Origin: a virus
Taxonomy: Duplodnaviria; Caudoviricetes
DNA length: 34,779 bases
IMG/VR virus record: IMGVR_UViG_3300030100_000466
Location: 1-34,779 of that record
Strand: one strand, 5' to 3'
The position numbers and the translations under genes are program-made. Under the pieces are notes generated by a model. It was not told where the DNA came from and searched no databases. It saw only the letters and a list, made by a program, of their open reading frames with translations. Shown in pieces: positions 7,985 through 18,339 of this stretch. Numbering within the stretch: the first letter of the stretch is position 1; every line of letters starts with the position of its first letter.

Positions 7985-9879
7985 TGAGTGTATACGATAG
8001 ACCAATGTTTCGTAAAAAAGGTGGAGCCACTGGGATCATGGCTAGTGGACCAAATATGATTAAAGCTGCATTAGGCACATCTATTAATCTTAAAAATCAG
8101 TTTCCTAGTGTTAGTGCTTTTAACTACGGTGTTGTTCCAGCGTCAACTGCTATTGCAAGTCCTATACTAACTGGTGATAAAAAGTATAGTGGTATAGACA
8201 AGATATTAAAACAGTATTCTGAGGCACCTGGAAGTACGATATTTGACGGGCCTGGTCAATTCAAAGTGGATTCGATTTACCAGCCAGGTGTCATGGGTAA
8301 AAAAATGTCTCAGACAAAAATATTTGGTTCAGAAGAAAAAGATTCAGCAGCAGAGGAAAAAAAGAAAGAAGCTGTAAAGCAAATGGCTGAACAAGAAGCC
8401 AATATAAACAAACAAATAAAACTTAAAGAGTCTGGCGAGACATCGGATTTTGGATCTGGTAAAACAATAAACGAAATCAATAAAAATATATTAAATAAAA
8501 AAACTACAGAGAATCAAGAAGTTGTTGATGAAGGAACTGGAGATGTATTTACTACAATAGAAGATGATGAAGGGTTAGTGACAGATGGCACAAGCACCAC
8601 GGATACTGGTACTGGTACTGGCACTGATACAACTGGCACTCAATTTAACTTCAGAGATATCCAAAATAAAACAGAAGCTGAAATAAGAAACATACAAAAT
8701 TTGTATTCAAATTATTCAACTGATTTAAGTAATTTAAAAAATGCAAACATACTTGGTAAAACTTTTGATAAACATAAAGAAGAATATATAGCCGCTCTAC
8801 AGAAGAAACCAGAAGAAGCTACGTTTGCAGATGTAAGAGATGCCGCTTTTGATTTGCTTAATTTTGATAAAGACTCTCTCGATGAAAAACTTACAAAGGA
8901 TCAACAAGGCTCTATTTGGCTCAACATGATGAGAGCTGGTCTTGCTATGGCTGCGGGTGAAAGTCCAAATGCTTTAACAAATGTAGCAAAAGGATTTCAA
9001 GTTGGTCTTGAGGGTTATGGTAGAGACATGAAAACTCTTACAGATGATTACAGAGAAGACATCGAGAAATATCAGAACACAATGTATCGATTACTAAAAG
9101 ATAAAAAATCTGAGAACATTGCAAAGAACGCATTAGACGTTCAAAGAAAAGCAGCAGAGTTTGCTATAGTTCGAGATACTCGTGGTGAAGAAAGAAAAGA
9201 TTTACTCGATAAATTAAACACAGAAGTTACAATGAGAAAACTTAAAATAGAAAGTATGTCAACTTTAGCTAACTTTAATTTAGAAAAATTTAAGTTAGAC
9301 AAAAGTAGTGCAGAGTTTAACGAATTGTTAGAAATCAAAAAGGCTCAAGTCGCTGCATTATTACCAGATGAAATCAAGGCTGCAATAGGTCAAGGACTTG
9401 TTAAAGTAAAAGATGACAGTAAATTAATAACCGCTGATAATATAGAACTCACACCAAAAGGTATTGAGCAAGAGTTTGATTTAGTTAAGTCATTGAAAGA
9501 AAACAGTAAAAAATATCGTCCTAGTGAAAGTATGCAAAAAATTAAAATATTAGGAAGAAAAGGTGGCTTTGGTTTAAAAGCTAAACCAGGTGAAACTCTA
9601 TCTGAAGAAGCACAACAAGAATTAGGACTGACTCTTCAAAACTTAACAAAATCTACAAGTCCTTTTATGAAAGCTCTAGATCCAACTCAAGGCAGTCCTT
9701 CTGTTGCCTTAGAAATGTTAATTACTGAGTTCAGACCTTTGAAAGACAAAGGTGTTATTCTTGAGTATAAGAGTCTGCCAGAATCAATTAAAAATGCTAT
9801 AGAAAATGAAAGTATTGATGATGGAGCAACTTTACAAACATATCAAGATAATACAGAGCTCTTTGTAGGATCACCATAA
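7984..9879 (+). CDS. Putative internal virion protein
   Basis: 631 aa, largely helical/coiled-coil; N-terminal RPMFRKKGG; coupled by TAATG. Confidence 0.55.
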   Translation: MSVYDRPMFRKKGGATGIMASGPNMIKAALGTSINLKNQFPSVSAFNYGVVPASTAIASPILTGDKKYSGIDKILKQYSEAPGSTIFDGPGQFKVDSIYQPGVMGKKMSQTKIFGSEEKDSAAEEKKKEAVKQMAEQEANINKQIKLKESGETSDFGSGKTINEINKNILNKKTTENQEVVDEGTGDVFTTIEDDEGLVTDGTSTTDTGTGTGTDTTGTQFNFRDIQNKTEAEIRNIQNLYSNYSTDLSNLKNANILGKTFDKHKEEYIAALQKKPEEATFADVRDAAFDLLNFDKDSLDEKLTKDQQGSIWLNMMRAGLAMAAGESPNALTNVAKGFQVGLEGYGRDMKTLTDDYREDIEKYQNTMYRLLKDKKSENIAKNALDVQRKAAEFAIVRDTRGEERKDLLDKLNTEVTMRKLKIESMSTLANFNLEKFKLDKSSAEFNELLEIKKAQVAALLPDEIKAAIGQGLVKVKDDSKLITADNIELTPKGIEQEFDLVKSLKENSKKYRPSESMQKIKILGRKGGFGLKAKPGETLSEEAQQELGLTLQNLTKSTSPFMKALDPTQGSPSVALEMLITEFRPLKDKGVILEYKSLPESIKNAIENESIDDGATLQTYQDNTELFVGSP

Positions 9880-9881
9880 TA

Positions 9882-12800
9882 ATGTTCACTTATGAAGTTG
9901 ATGGAAAACAGTACACCTACGAAAAAGAAATAGGTCAAGAAGAGGCTGAAAAGAGAGTCAGAGCTTTTAACGAAAGAGTGGCTCAAGCAAGAAAAAATAG
10001 AACTGGTGGAAGTTACGAAGGTTTTTTCACAGAAGCTGGCGAAGGTATTCTATCTGGTCTGTCTAAAATACCAGAGGGTATCGTAACAACTGGATTTTTA
10101 ATTTCTGATGCCATCACTGGTGGAAATGCAACTGAAACTGTTGAAGCATGGTTTGATGGGATTAGAGAGGATCTTGGTATAGATCCAGAAGGAGCGGCTG
10201 GGAAAGTCACAGAAGCTCTTGTTCAGTTTGGTATACCAGGTATAGCGGCTGTATCTGCCGTTTCAAAGGCAGGTCGAGTTGGTAGAATTTTAAGTGGACG
10301 AGTTAGAGTTGGTGCAAGAAATCCAGAAATAGGTCCTAAAAATGCTCGTGTTTTAGGAACTCGTTTAAGTGACATAAACAAACGAAGAGATCCTTTTAGA
10401 AAATTTAGAAAAGGTGACGAGATTGTTTTTCAAAAACAAACGAAAGCACAAAAATTAGGACGATACGCTACTATGTTAACCGCGGCAGGTTTAGCAGATG
10501 CTATTGTTTCTACAGATGACACGCAAACTATAGGTGATTTTTTTGATGCAGGCCCAACAAATACAGTTGATGCAGTAGGCATGGATGGTCAAGAAAGGGC
10601 ATTTACAAAAATATTAAATAAATTAAAAGTTGGAGTTGAAGGTGGTGTAGCAACTGCCGTATTTCCACCAGCGTTTGGTGCTTCTTTGAAAGTTTTAAAC
10701 AAGACACTTAGTGCACGACCCGTTGAAGGGTTAACTCAGTTAAATCAATCAGTGGGTAATTTTGCAGGAAAAGTCCTACCCCAGAACACAACTGTTTTAG
10801 ACTTAGCGAGTGGTATGACACTGCCTTTAGCCAAAGGCATAATAGATACAAGTAAAAGAGCTATTCGTGCAAGAGAGACACAGTTACTAACACAAGGACA
10901 AGGAGCACGAACATTACCAAGTATAATAGGTAAGTTAGAAGCATTGCTTAGATACAGAGGTTTTTTAGATCCAGTTGTTGCTAGAGCAAGATCGTTAATT
11001 AATCCAGAAGTGGAAGGTAATATCAAAGTCGCAAAACAAAAGATGCAAGAGATTGACGAGGAAATAGAAAAAATTTTAAAAAATCCTCGTTACACTGGTC
11101 TTCCAGATCATAGTAAAAAGAAATATCTTGATAATTTTATGGATGTTTTAGAAGGAGCTAGAAAAGACCCAGACGTAACTGGAGTAACAGCTAGAGTTAG
11201 AAGAATAGCATTAGAAAAAGAAAATAAAATTATAGATCTGCCAGATGAACTCTATCAGTTGTACTTACAAGCAGCTAAAAACATTGAAGGTTTAACAGAT
11301 CAGTTTTTAAAAAGTAAAGTGATAAGTGATTTACCAGAAGATGCTGTCATACAAGGTGGATTAACCAGAGAAAATTTTCAAAGACAAGTCTCAAGAATGA
11401 TGAGAGAGGGTGGCTACTTGAGAAGAATGTATAGAATATACAACGATAAGAACTACGTTATACAACCTCAAGCTAAAGAAGAAATAATTAGAAAAATTTT
11501 AGCTGGCGAAGGTGTAGATTATGGACATATTAGAGGTATTTTGACAGATAGTCCTTACAGAATAGATGATGATCAAATGCAACAACTTGTCAGTCGTCAA
11601 GGTAATTTATCAAGAGAACAAGCACAGTTTTATATTGATACTGTTGTTAAAAATGCAAAAGCCAAAGGTGGAAATAGAGGTCTTGGGTTGAATAGATTGT
11701 TTCAAACAAGATTAGATACGAGTTTAATTAATAAAAGAAAAGTAGATAGTGAAGTTCAACGATTAATACTTGGTGAGATAAGAGATCCAAGAGAAGCGTT
11801 TATTTCTACCGTATCAGAGCTGTCTAATTTTATTGCAACTGATAGATTTTTAGGATTGTTTAAAGAATCAATGGATATAAACATTGCAAATGTTGCAGCT
11901 AGAAATGCAGCTCGACCCACCACATTGAGAGGAACTCCAGAAGAGCCATTGTTTTACAAAATGGACGATGAAATAATAAACTGGATTAAACAAAAACCAG
12001 ATTTTTTTAACGTAAACCCTGATAACATTAGTAGAGTATCTTTACTAGATGAAAAATTATTAAAAAGTGCTTTAGATGATTGGTCAGAAGCTCATCCAAA
12101 TCATGTCATATTAGGAAGATCTGCCGAAACCAGTCCTAGAAGTGATGTATACTCGCCTGGAGCAAATCAAACATCTAGTATGTATGGGACAGCTTTTGGG
12201 TATGCTGTTCCTAGAGTTATGTATAATAATTTAAGTCAACATGTTTGGACAGATGCAGATACTATACCGACACTGCTTAGAAAAACTTATGGTTTTATGC
12301 AAACTTTAAAAGGTGTTACACAATATACAAAAACAATTTTGTCTCCACTAACACAAGTAAGAAACGTAACTTCTGCCTCTGGCTTTGCACTAGCTCAAGG
12401 CAACGTGGGCAAAGGAGCAAGTCTTGGGACATCTATGAATCTTGTTTTGAGAGATGCTATTGATAAAGAACTTAAGATCAAAGGAATAACTCTTATAGAT
12501 TTAATAAGAGATGGCAAGACGCTTGATTTTCTTGTTGATATGCAGAAGCGAGGAGTCATAGGAAGTTCTGCTCAGTTACGAGAGATACAAGATAACTTAA
12601 GAAAAGGTTTAGGATACGAAGCAAGAGGAGATTTTACTGAGGCACAAGTTAGAGGCGAAAGACAAGCTCTTGGTAGATCAGACCCACAGTTCAACGCAGA
12701 GAAAAGAAGTAAACTTGGACAATTTTTTAGAAGACCTCTTGGATTTGCAGAGGATTTGTACAGAGGTGGTGATGACGTTTGGAAAATGTACAATTATTTA

Positions 12801-14621
12801 TTTGAGCTACAAAAGTTTAGAAATGCCAGAAGAAAAATGCAGGCCTCTGCAATAAATAAAATTAAAAAGTCTCCAGGCTTTGATAACTTAACGAAAGAAC
12901 AACAACAGGCAGGCATTGCTAACGCAACTAAAAACGCAGATAGAGAGTTTGGTAGATATATCGGAGCAAAGCCAGATGCTACACCAGAACAATTAGAGGA
13001 AGCCTTTAAACAATTTACAGCAGATAATATTCGTAACCTCGTGCCAAACTACGAGCTTGTTCCAGATGCAATCAAAGGTTTAAGAGGATTACCTCTTGGT
13101 AACTTTATTGCTTTTCCAGCAGAGATTATGAGAACTGGTTTTAATACACTTGATGTCGCCATGAAAGAATTAGCCAGTGATAGTGCTGCGATAAGAGAGA
13201 TCGGTGCAAGACGAATGACAAGTGCATTATTTACTTTTGGTGCTTTAGGTGAAGGATTACAAAGATTCGGACAAATGATGACTGATACATCTGATCAAGA
13301 AGTTGATGCTATTAACAGATTAGCCGCACCGTGGCAAAGAAATTCTGTTTTAATACCAGTGGGTAAAGATGAAAAAGGTAATCCAGAGGTTATTGATTTT
13401 AGTTACACAAACCCTTGGGATTTAGTCAGCAAACCTTTTCACACTCTAGCTCGTTCTCTTAGAGAAGGCACACGATTAGACAAGTCTGATTTTGCTAAAA
13501 TAAGAGGAGCCGCGTTTGATTCCGTAGCAGAGTTTTTTAGTCCTTTCTTCGAGGTGTCTATGATTTATGACGCAGCCATAGATGTTCTCCCAAAAGAAAG
13601 TGTGCTTGGACTTGGTATAGGTAGAGGTGGTCGAACTCGTTCTGGTGCTAAAGTTTACAAAGAAGGTGATGGTTTAGGGTTGTCCATAGAAAAAGGTATA
13701 ATACATATACTTGATACGCTCAAGCCAAATATACTTCCGATAAGAGTTCCAACTGGAGCAGATCTTGGTATTGCTAGAGGAGAACCAGTTAAATCTCCAG
13801 AGCTTGGTAGAACTGCAAGAGGTCTTTTCTTTCCAGAGGGTGGAGAGTTTTTAGGATTTAATGTGAAAGCAGAAGAACCGACAACAGGTCGAGAATACAA
13901 AAGATATGGTGAATTGTTTAGAGCTTTCACTGGACTACAATCTCAAATAATAGACAGAGATAAGATTGCAGAGTTTAAAGCACAAGAGTTTAAAGGACTC
14001 AGATCAGAAGCAGCTACATTATTTACTGATGTTTTAAGACTGGAAGATCCTAGTAAAGATCAAATATTAGAAGCATATTTAAGAGCAGATGATGCAAGAT
14101 ACAAAGCATTTAAAGAAATGAAATTAAATTACGATAGTTTAAAAGACATAGGTTTAACGAATGCTAAAATAGCGAAAATATTAAAAATAAAAGCTGGATT
14201 AGGAAGTAAAGAAATATTTTCTTTAAGAGCAGATAGATATCTACCATATTTTCCAAGTAAAGACAGACTTGGACTTGCTAAAAGAAAAGGTATTAACATT
14301 CCTATTTCTAGTATACGAAGAATTTTTAGAAAAAGACTTGGTATAAAATTAACGCCACCAAAAAGAAAAAAAGATGAACCAAGAAACATAAATGAATTTT
14401 TAAGTTTGAATAATAACGTCACAACAAGTGCACCTACTAACTTACCAGAAGCTAGACCAGAAAACTTAACACAAACAGAACCTACTTTGGATGTAAGTCA
14501 GAATCAAGTTACAAATGAATTACTCAGACCATCTCCAGAAAACAGAGAAGTTGCAGCTTTCTTGGGAAGTAATCCAGAGCAGATATTAAAAAACTTGCAG
14601 ATAGCTAGGAGGACTGGATGA
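9882..14621 (+). CDS. Large internal virion/ejection protein
   Basis: 1579 aa; last and largest gene of the ejection cluster, as expected in podoviruses. No catalytic motif recognised. Confidence 0.6.
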   Translation: MFTYEVDGKQYTYEKEIGQEEAEKRVRAFNERVAQARKNRTGGSYEGFFTEAGEGILSGLSKIPEGIVTTGFLISDAITGGNATETVEAWFDGIREDLGIDPEGAAGKVTEALVQFGIPGIAAVSAVSKAGRVGRILSGRVRVGARNPEIGPKNARVLGTRLSDINKRRDPFRKFRKGDEIVFQKQTKAQKLGRYATMLTAAGLADAIVSTDDTQTIGDFFDAGPTNTVDAVGMDGQERAFTKILNKLKVGVEGGVATAVFPPAFGASLKVLNKTLSARPVEGLTQLNQSVGNFAGKVLPQNTTVLDLASGMTLPLAKGIIDTSKRAIRARETQLLTQGQGARTLPSIIGKLEALLRYRGFLDPVVARARSLINPEVEGNIKVAKQKMQEIDEEIEKILKNPRYTGLPDHSKKKYLDNFMDVLEGARKDPDVTGVTARVRRIALEKENKIIDLPDELYQLYLQAAKNIEGLTDQFLKSKVISDLPEDAVIQGGLTRENFQRQVSRMMREGGYLRRMYRIYNDKNYVIQPQAKEEIIRKILAGEGVDYGHIRGILTDSPYRIDDDQMQQLVSRQGNLSREQAQFYIDTVVKNAKAKGGNRGLGLNRLFQTRLDTSLINKRKVDSEVQRLILGEIRDPREAFISTVSELSNFIATDRFLGLFKESMDINIANVAARNAARPTTLRGTPEEPLFYKMDDEIINWIKQKPDFFNVNPDNISRVSLLDEKLLKSALDDWSEAHPNHVILGRSAETSPRSDVYSPGANQTSSMYGTAFGYAVPRVMYNNLSQHVWTDADTIPTLLRKTYGFMQTLKGVTQYTKTILSPLTQVRNVTSASGFALAQGNVGKGASLGTSMNLVLRDAIDKELKIKGITLIDLIRDGKTLDFLVDMQKRGVIGSSAQLREIQDNLRKGLGYEARGDFTEAQVRGERQALGRSDPQFNAEKRSKLGQFFRRPLGFAEDLYRGGDDVWKMYNYLFELQKFRNARRKMQASAINKIKKSPGFDNLTKEQQQAGIANATKNADREFGRYIGAKPDATPEQLEEAFKQFTADNIRNLVPNYELVPDAIKGLRGLPLGNFIAFPAEIMRTGFNTLDVAMKELASDSAAIREIGARRMTSALFTFGALGEGLQRFGQMMTDTSDQEVDAINRLAAPWQRNSVLIPVGKDEKGNPEVIDFSYTNPWDLVSKPFHTLARSLREGTRLDKSDFAKIRGAAFDSVAEFFSPFFEVSMIYDAAIDVLPKESVLGLGIGRGGRTRSGAKVYKEGDGLGLSIEKGIIHILDTLKPNILPIRVPTGADLGIARGEPVKSPELGRTARGLFFPEGGEFLGFNVKAEEPTTGREYKRYGELFRAFTGLQSQIIDRDKIAEFKAQEFKGLRSEAATLFTDVLRLEDPSKDQILEAYLRADDARYKAFKEMKLNYDSLKDIGLTNAKIAKILKIKAGLGSKEIFSLRADRYLPYFPSKDRLGLAKRKGINIPISSIRRIFRKRLGIKLTPPKRKKDEPRNINEFLSLNNNVTTSAPTNLPEARPENLTQTEPTLDVSQNQVTNELLRPSPENREVAAFLGSNPEQILKNLQIARRTG

Positions 14622-15079
14622 GGCTAACGCCACATTTCACGTTAAGTGAATTTACAAAATCACAGACAGCAGAACGAAAAGGCATCGATAACACACCAGA
14701 GCCAATACATATTAAATGTATGGAAACGCTTTGTTTAAATGTGTTAGAGCCTATTCGTGAACACTTTGGTAAACCTATGACAATAAACTCTGGTTATCGC
14801 AGTGTGGATTTATGTGAAGCGATTGGCTCGAAATCGACCAGTCAACATGCAAAGGGAGAGGCGGCGGATATAGAAATAGCAGGCATAAGTAATGCAGACC
14901 TTGCCGTATTTATCAAAGATAATCTTTCTTTTGATCAACTTATTTTAGAATGTTACGATCAAGCAAAAGGTCCCAGCTCTGGTTGGGTGCATGTATCTTT
15001 TGTAGGTCAACCAGAAAACAGATTAGATGTGTTAACTTACGATAGATCAAACGGATATAGGAAAGGTTTGATTTATTAA
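14618..15079 (+). CDS. Endolysin, peptidase M15 family
   Basis: HFTLSEF, INSGYRS, SQH..GEAADI and WVHVS zinc-peptidase motifs. Confidence 0.9.
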   Translation: MRLTPHFTLSEFTKSQTAERKGIDNTPEPIHIKCMETLCLNVLEPIREHFGKPMTINSGYRSVDLCEAIGSKSTSQHAKGEAADIEIAGISNADLAVFIKDNLSFDQLILECYDQAKGPSSGWVHVSFVGQPENRLDVLTYDRSNGYRKGLIY

Positions 15080-15082
15080 CAG

Positions 15083-15724
15083 ATGTCTACACTAATTGTA
15101 AATTTACCATCGGTAGATGTATGGGTTCGAAAAGAATATTTAAGAGATGGCGAAGACGGGCATGGTGAGTTTGTCAAAGGTATTTGGGTTACTGCGAAAT
15201 CTATTCCAGGCAGAGCTTTCTATTTTGAAACTTACCTTCCAGACTATGGTGCTCTTTATGATAAACTACCTATTAGTGCTTTTACTGTTGACCCACAAAC
15301 CCCGACTCCAGATATGGATCTTTATAATCTCCAGTTTTGGAATTGCATGGACTATGGCGTGGTGGCAGTCAGTAAACAGTTTATAGGCTCGATGGACTTT
15401 GAAGTTTATACAAGAGATCATGGTATACTCAAAGGATCGTATGTTTGTACGCTTGACAACTATCACGAAAATGTAAATGCAGTTGATTTCTCAACCAGTG
15501 AAAAACCAGCAGAGCACAAATCACATAACATTATAGAATTAGAAAACGGACAATTTTGTTTATATCCAAATAACAGAATGAGAGTGTATGACAATTCGCT
15601 CACACCAGATCAACCATTGCAACCAGACTTCAAAGTTAGTACAGAAATATATCAAGTAGAGAATGGACAAAAGTTTAGACTCGGAGATACAGATGAATAT
15701 TTTTGGAAAGCAAAGGATGAATGA
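15083..15724 (+). CDS. Hypothetical phage protein
   Basis: 213 aa clean ORF in operon with the endolysin; function not recognised. Confidence 0.6.
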   Translation: MSTLIVNLPSVDVWVRKEYLRDGEDGHGEFVKGIWVTAKSIPGRAFYFETYLPDYGALYDKLPISAFTVDPQTPTPDMDLYNLQFWNCMDYGVVAVSKQFIGSMDFEVYTRDHGILKGSYVCTLDNYHENVNAVDFSTSEKPAEHKSHNIIELENGQFCLYPNNRMRVYDNSLTPDQPLQPDFKVSTEIYQVENGQKFRLGDTDEYFWKAKDE

Positions 15725-15903
15725 TTGAGTTCTTGTTGATCTTTATGATAGACGAAAGAGTTGTAGATAGAACACAAAGATTTGAAAGTGTAGACAGATG
15801 TTTGTATTTTGCCGAAAGATTAACGGCCCAACCAAATGTTCCTAACGAAGACGGAAAACCTGGTAAAATCATCGCATATTGTAAGCCTGTTCGAAAAAAC
15901 TAA
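15721..15903 (+). CDS. Small Cys-containing protein with hydrophobic N-terminus
   Basis: 60 aa; ATGA overlap with the previous gene; AAGGA upstream. Confidence 0.6.
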   Translation: MIEFLLIFMIDERVVDRTQRFESVDRCLYFAERLTAQPNVPNEDGKPGKIIAYCKPVRKN

Positions 15904-15997
15904 GCTCTCAGACGCTCACAGAGAGGCGAAACGATACCCCTCTAGTATGATTCTACCTTGGAAAAGACTCTTCTTTTGTAGCTTTTTGTAATCGCCA

Positions 15998-17917
15998 CTA
16001 TCCAACTTCCCCCCAATTTTGACCTATTTCAACGTCTACTTCGAAAGGTATTTTAAGTTCTGGCACACAATTACACATAATCTCTTCAATTTGATCTATT
16101 TGTTTGGCACTCTTGTTGTTTTCTATATTAAAACATAGTTCATCATGTACAGTTAACATGGGAGTTATTCCAGCTTCATAACAATCGACCATAGCTTTCT
16201 TGGTTTGATCGGCACTCGATCCTTGAATCAATCTATTCAGCGCCTTGTATGTAAAAGCTCTTCTAATTCTACCCTTGCCACCATATTCATCAATAGCTTC
16301 TTTCATGGGTAATGCTTTATTATATGTATACGAGATAGGCTCATACATATTGAATCTACACTTACGACCCAACCAGGTTCTAATCACACCACTATCGGCT
16401 GCTCTTCTCATAGCTTTTTCTGAGATTCTTTTTAAGAAAGGAACTTTGTCATTGTATTTATCCAACAAAGTCGTTGCCTCCTCTATCGAGAGATCAAGTA
16501 TATTTGCCAACTTACCTTTACCCATACCATACATCAAACCAAGATTAACTGTCTTCGCTTGTTTTCTAGGTATACCAGCAATATCTGCCACGATCTGATG
16601 AAAGTCAGCTTGTCCTTTTTTATACAGATTAACGACATCATCTATCTGTGGATGTCTGTCTATGCCTGTTAATGTTGCACAATAATGCACAAGCCATCTT
16701 GGTTCTTGTGAGGCATAATCAAACGATCCCCACTCACAATCTGCCTCTGGAATAAACAATCCTCTAATTATTTTTTTAATATACGGATCTCGTGCAGGTA
16801 TCTGTTGCAAATTAGGATTGCTTGAGCTAAACCTACCAGTAACAGTGCCTCCGCCGTCAGAACGTAAAGGATGAAAGTCACAATGTATACGACCCTTATG
16901 AGAGTGTTCAAGAATTGTATCGATAAAAGTCGTATTGGCTTTATTGACCTCCCTTATCTTTATAATTTTTTTCGCAATCGGATGGCTGTGATTTGCAAGA
17001 AACTGTTTTGTAAAGGCGGGGGCCCTGGACTTTTCTGTGCGAGAATACGAAAGTCCTACCGCATCAAAGACCTTTGCTACAGATGTGGCGACCCACGGTT
17101 CCAACGCAACTTTTGTTTCCGAGGCTATCTCATCAAGTAGTTTCTTTTCTAAGGTTATAAGTTCTTTTTTAACTTGTTCTGCCTTTACAAGATCAACTCG
17201 TACACCATTTGTTTTCATATCAAGAAGTAAAGGTGTAAGTCTAGTTTCTAAATCAAATACATTACTGCATTCTTCTTTTGTTATTTGTTTTCGAAGTTCA
17301 TTCCATAATCTCAAAGTTATAGAAGCATCATGTTCTGCATATGCACCAACATAACGAGGTGGTAATCTCCACATGCCAGACTTCGGATCAACACCAAACT
17401 CTTCGGCAGCGCTCTTGAGCATTTTCTCATCTTTATATGTTCCAAGATAATCTCCAGCAAGAGAGTTAAGATTATAATATCTTCTGTTCTCATTTAACAA
17501 AGGCGCTGCAACCATAGTGTCTCTGATCTTACCCTTGACTTCTATGCCCTCTGCTCGAAGCCAACCGAGATCGTACAACGCATTGTGGAACACGAAAGTT
17601 TTAGTTGTATCTTTACATAAGTCTGTAAGCCATTGATATATAACTCTTTTTGGCATGTTACCAACGGTGTGTGCCACTGGGAAATACCAAGAGCTATCTC
17701 CAGCTGCAACTGCTATACCTATAATGTGTCCATCTTTTCTACACCAACCAGGTCCTAACTTTAAAAGATTCTCATCTCTTGTCTCCAAGTCTATGGCTAT
17801 CGTGTCATACTGCGATAGATCTGGTATCGTTTCTGGTGGAGTCCAATCAGAATCCACATTACCCCATGCTACATCTTTTATATCTTGTTCAAGTAGATGG
17901 TATTGATCATTTGTCAT
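15998..17917 (-). CDS. polA: DNA polymerase, family A, with 3'-5' exonuclease domain
   Basis: Exonuclease motifs IDLET and HNALYD; TGRFSSSNPNLQQIP; motif A DYASQEPR; motif B RKQAKTVNLGLMYG; motif C VHDE. Confidence 0.95.
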   Translation of the reverse strand: MTNDQYHLLEQDIKDVAWGNVDSDWTPPETIPDLSQYDTIAIDLETRDENLLKLGPGWCRKDGHIIGIAVAAGDSSWYFPVAHTVGNMPKRVIYQWLTDLCKDTTKTFVFHNALYDLGWLRAEGIEVKGKIRDTMVAAPLLNENRRYYNLNSLAGDYLGTYKDEKMLKSAAEEFGVDPKSGMWRLPPRYVGAYAEHDASITLRLWNELRKQITKEECSNVFDLETRLTPLLLDMKTNGVRVDLVKAEQVKKELITLEKKLLDEIASETKVALEPWVATSVAKVFDAVGLSYSRTEKSRAPAFTKQFLANHSHPIAKKIIKIREVNKANTTFIDTILEHSHKGRIHCDFHPLRSDGGGTVTGRFSSSNPNLQQIPARDPYIKKIIRGLFIPEADCEWGSFDYASQEPRWLVHYCATLTGIDRHPQIDDVVNLYKKGQADFHQIVADIAGIPRKQAKTVNLGLMYGMGKGKLANILDLSIEEATTLLDKYNDKVPFLKRISEKAMRRAADSGVIRTWLGRKCRFNMYEPISYTYNKALPMKEAIDEYGGKGRIRRAFTYKALNRLIQGSSADQTKKAMVDCYEAGITPMLTVHDELCFNIENNKSAKQIDQIEEIMCNCVPELKIPFEVDVEIGQNWGEVG

Positions 17918-18083
17918 TTTTTTTTACCCACTCTAAATATCTTTTTTCTAAACCTGGAAATATTTTAAAATATCTTTTCCTAGCACTATCAGAAAGCCTA
18001 CCCCAAGGCTTATTACCTTCTCTAATTTTCCATCTATCAAGAACACCTTGCCAAGGTGTTGGACCTGCTCTTTTACCTGTCAT
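17907..18083 (-). CDS. Small basic hypothetical protein (58 aa)
   Basis: Manual translation MTGKRAGPTPWQGVLDRW...EWVKKNDK; fills the gap and overlaps both neighbours; GAGGA upstream. Confidence 0.55.
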   Translation of the reverse strand: MTGKRAGPTPWQGVLDRWKIREGNKPWGRLSDSARKRYFKIFPGLEKRYLEWVKKNDK

Positions 18084-18339
18084 TTTTTTCCTCTGCTCCT
18101 AACGCACCGTATCCACAAATATCCACCCATGAATCTTCATGGTCTGGTGTGTTTATAAGTCTAGACATCTTAACAGCAACCATAGCTAAATATACCATAG
18201 GCACTGTAACTTTGACCCCAAAGATTACACTCCACATTGTAGCAATTCTTTGATGATTAAGTCTAGCATCTCCATATACTTCTGCTCTTTCGGTGCTAAC
18301 TAAACCTTCTGCTTTTTTTAATGCTTTATCTCTTCTCAT
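18073..18339 (-). CDS. DUF6378-like phage protein
   Basis: R...YGD...NHQRIA.MWS...M...K..R.....H.DSWVDICGY pattern. Confidence 0.7.
   Translation of the reverse strand: MRRDKALKKAEGLVSTERAEVYGDARLNHQRIATMWSVIFGVKVTVPMVYLAMVAVKMSRLINTPDHEDSWVDICGYGALGAEEKNDR

Noticed and set aside
8605-8640. ACTGGT tandem repeat
   Set aside because: Encodes a TGTGTG linker inside a protein; no sign of a separate element.
15904-15997. Possible bidirectional terminator at the convergence of the two gene blocks
   Set aside because: Only short, weak stems are visible; not enough support.
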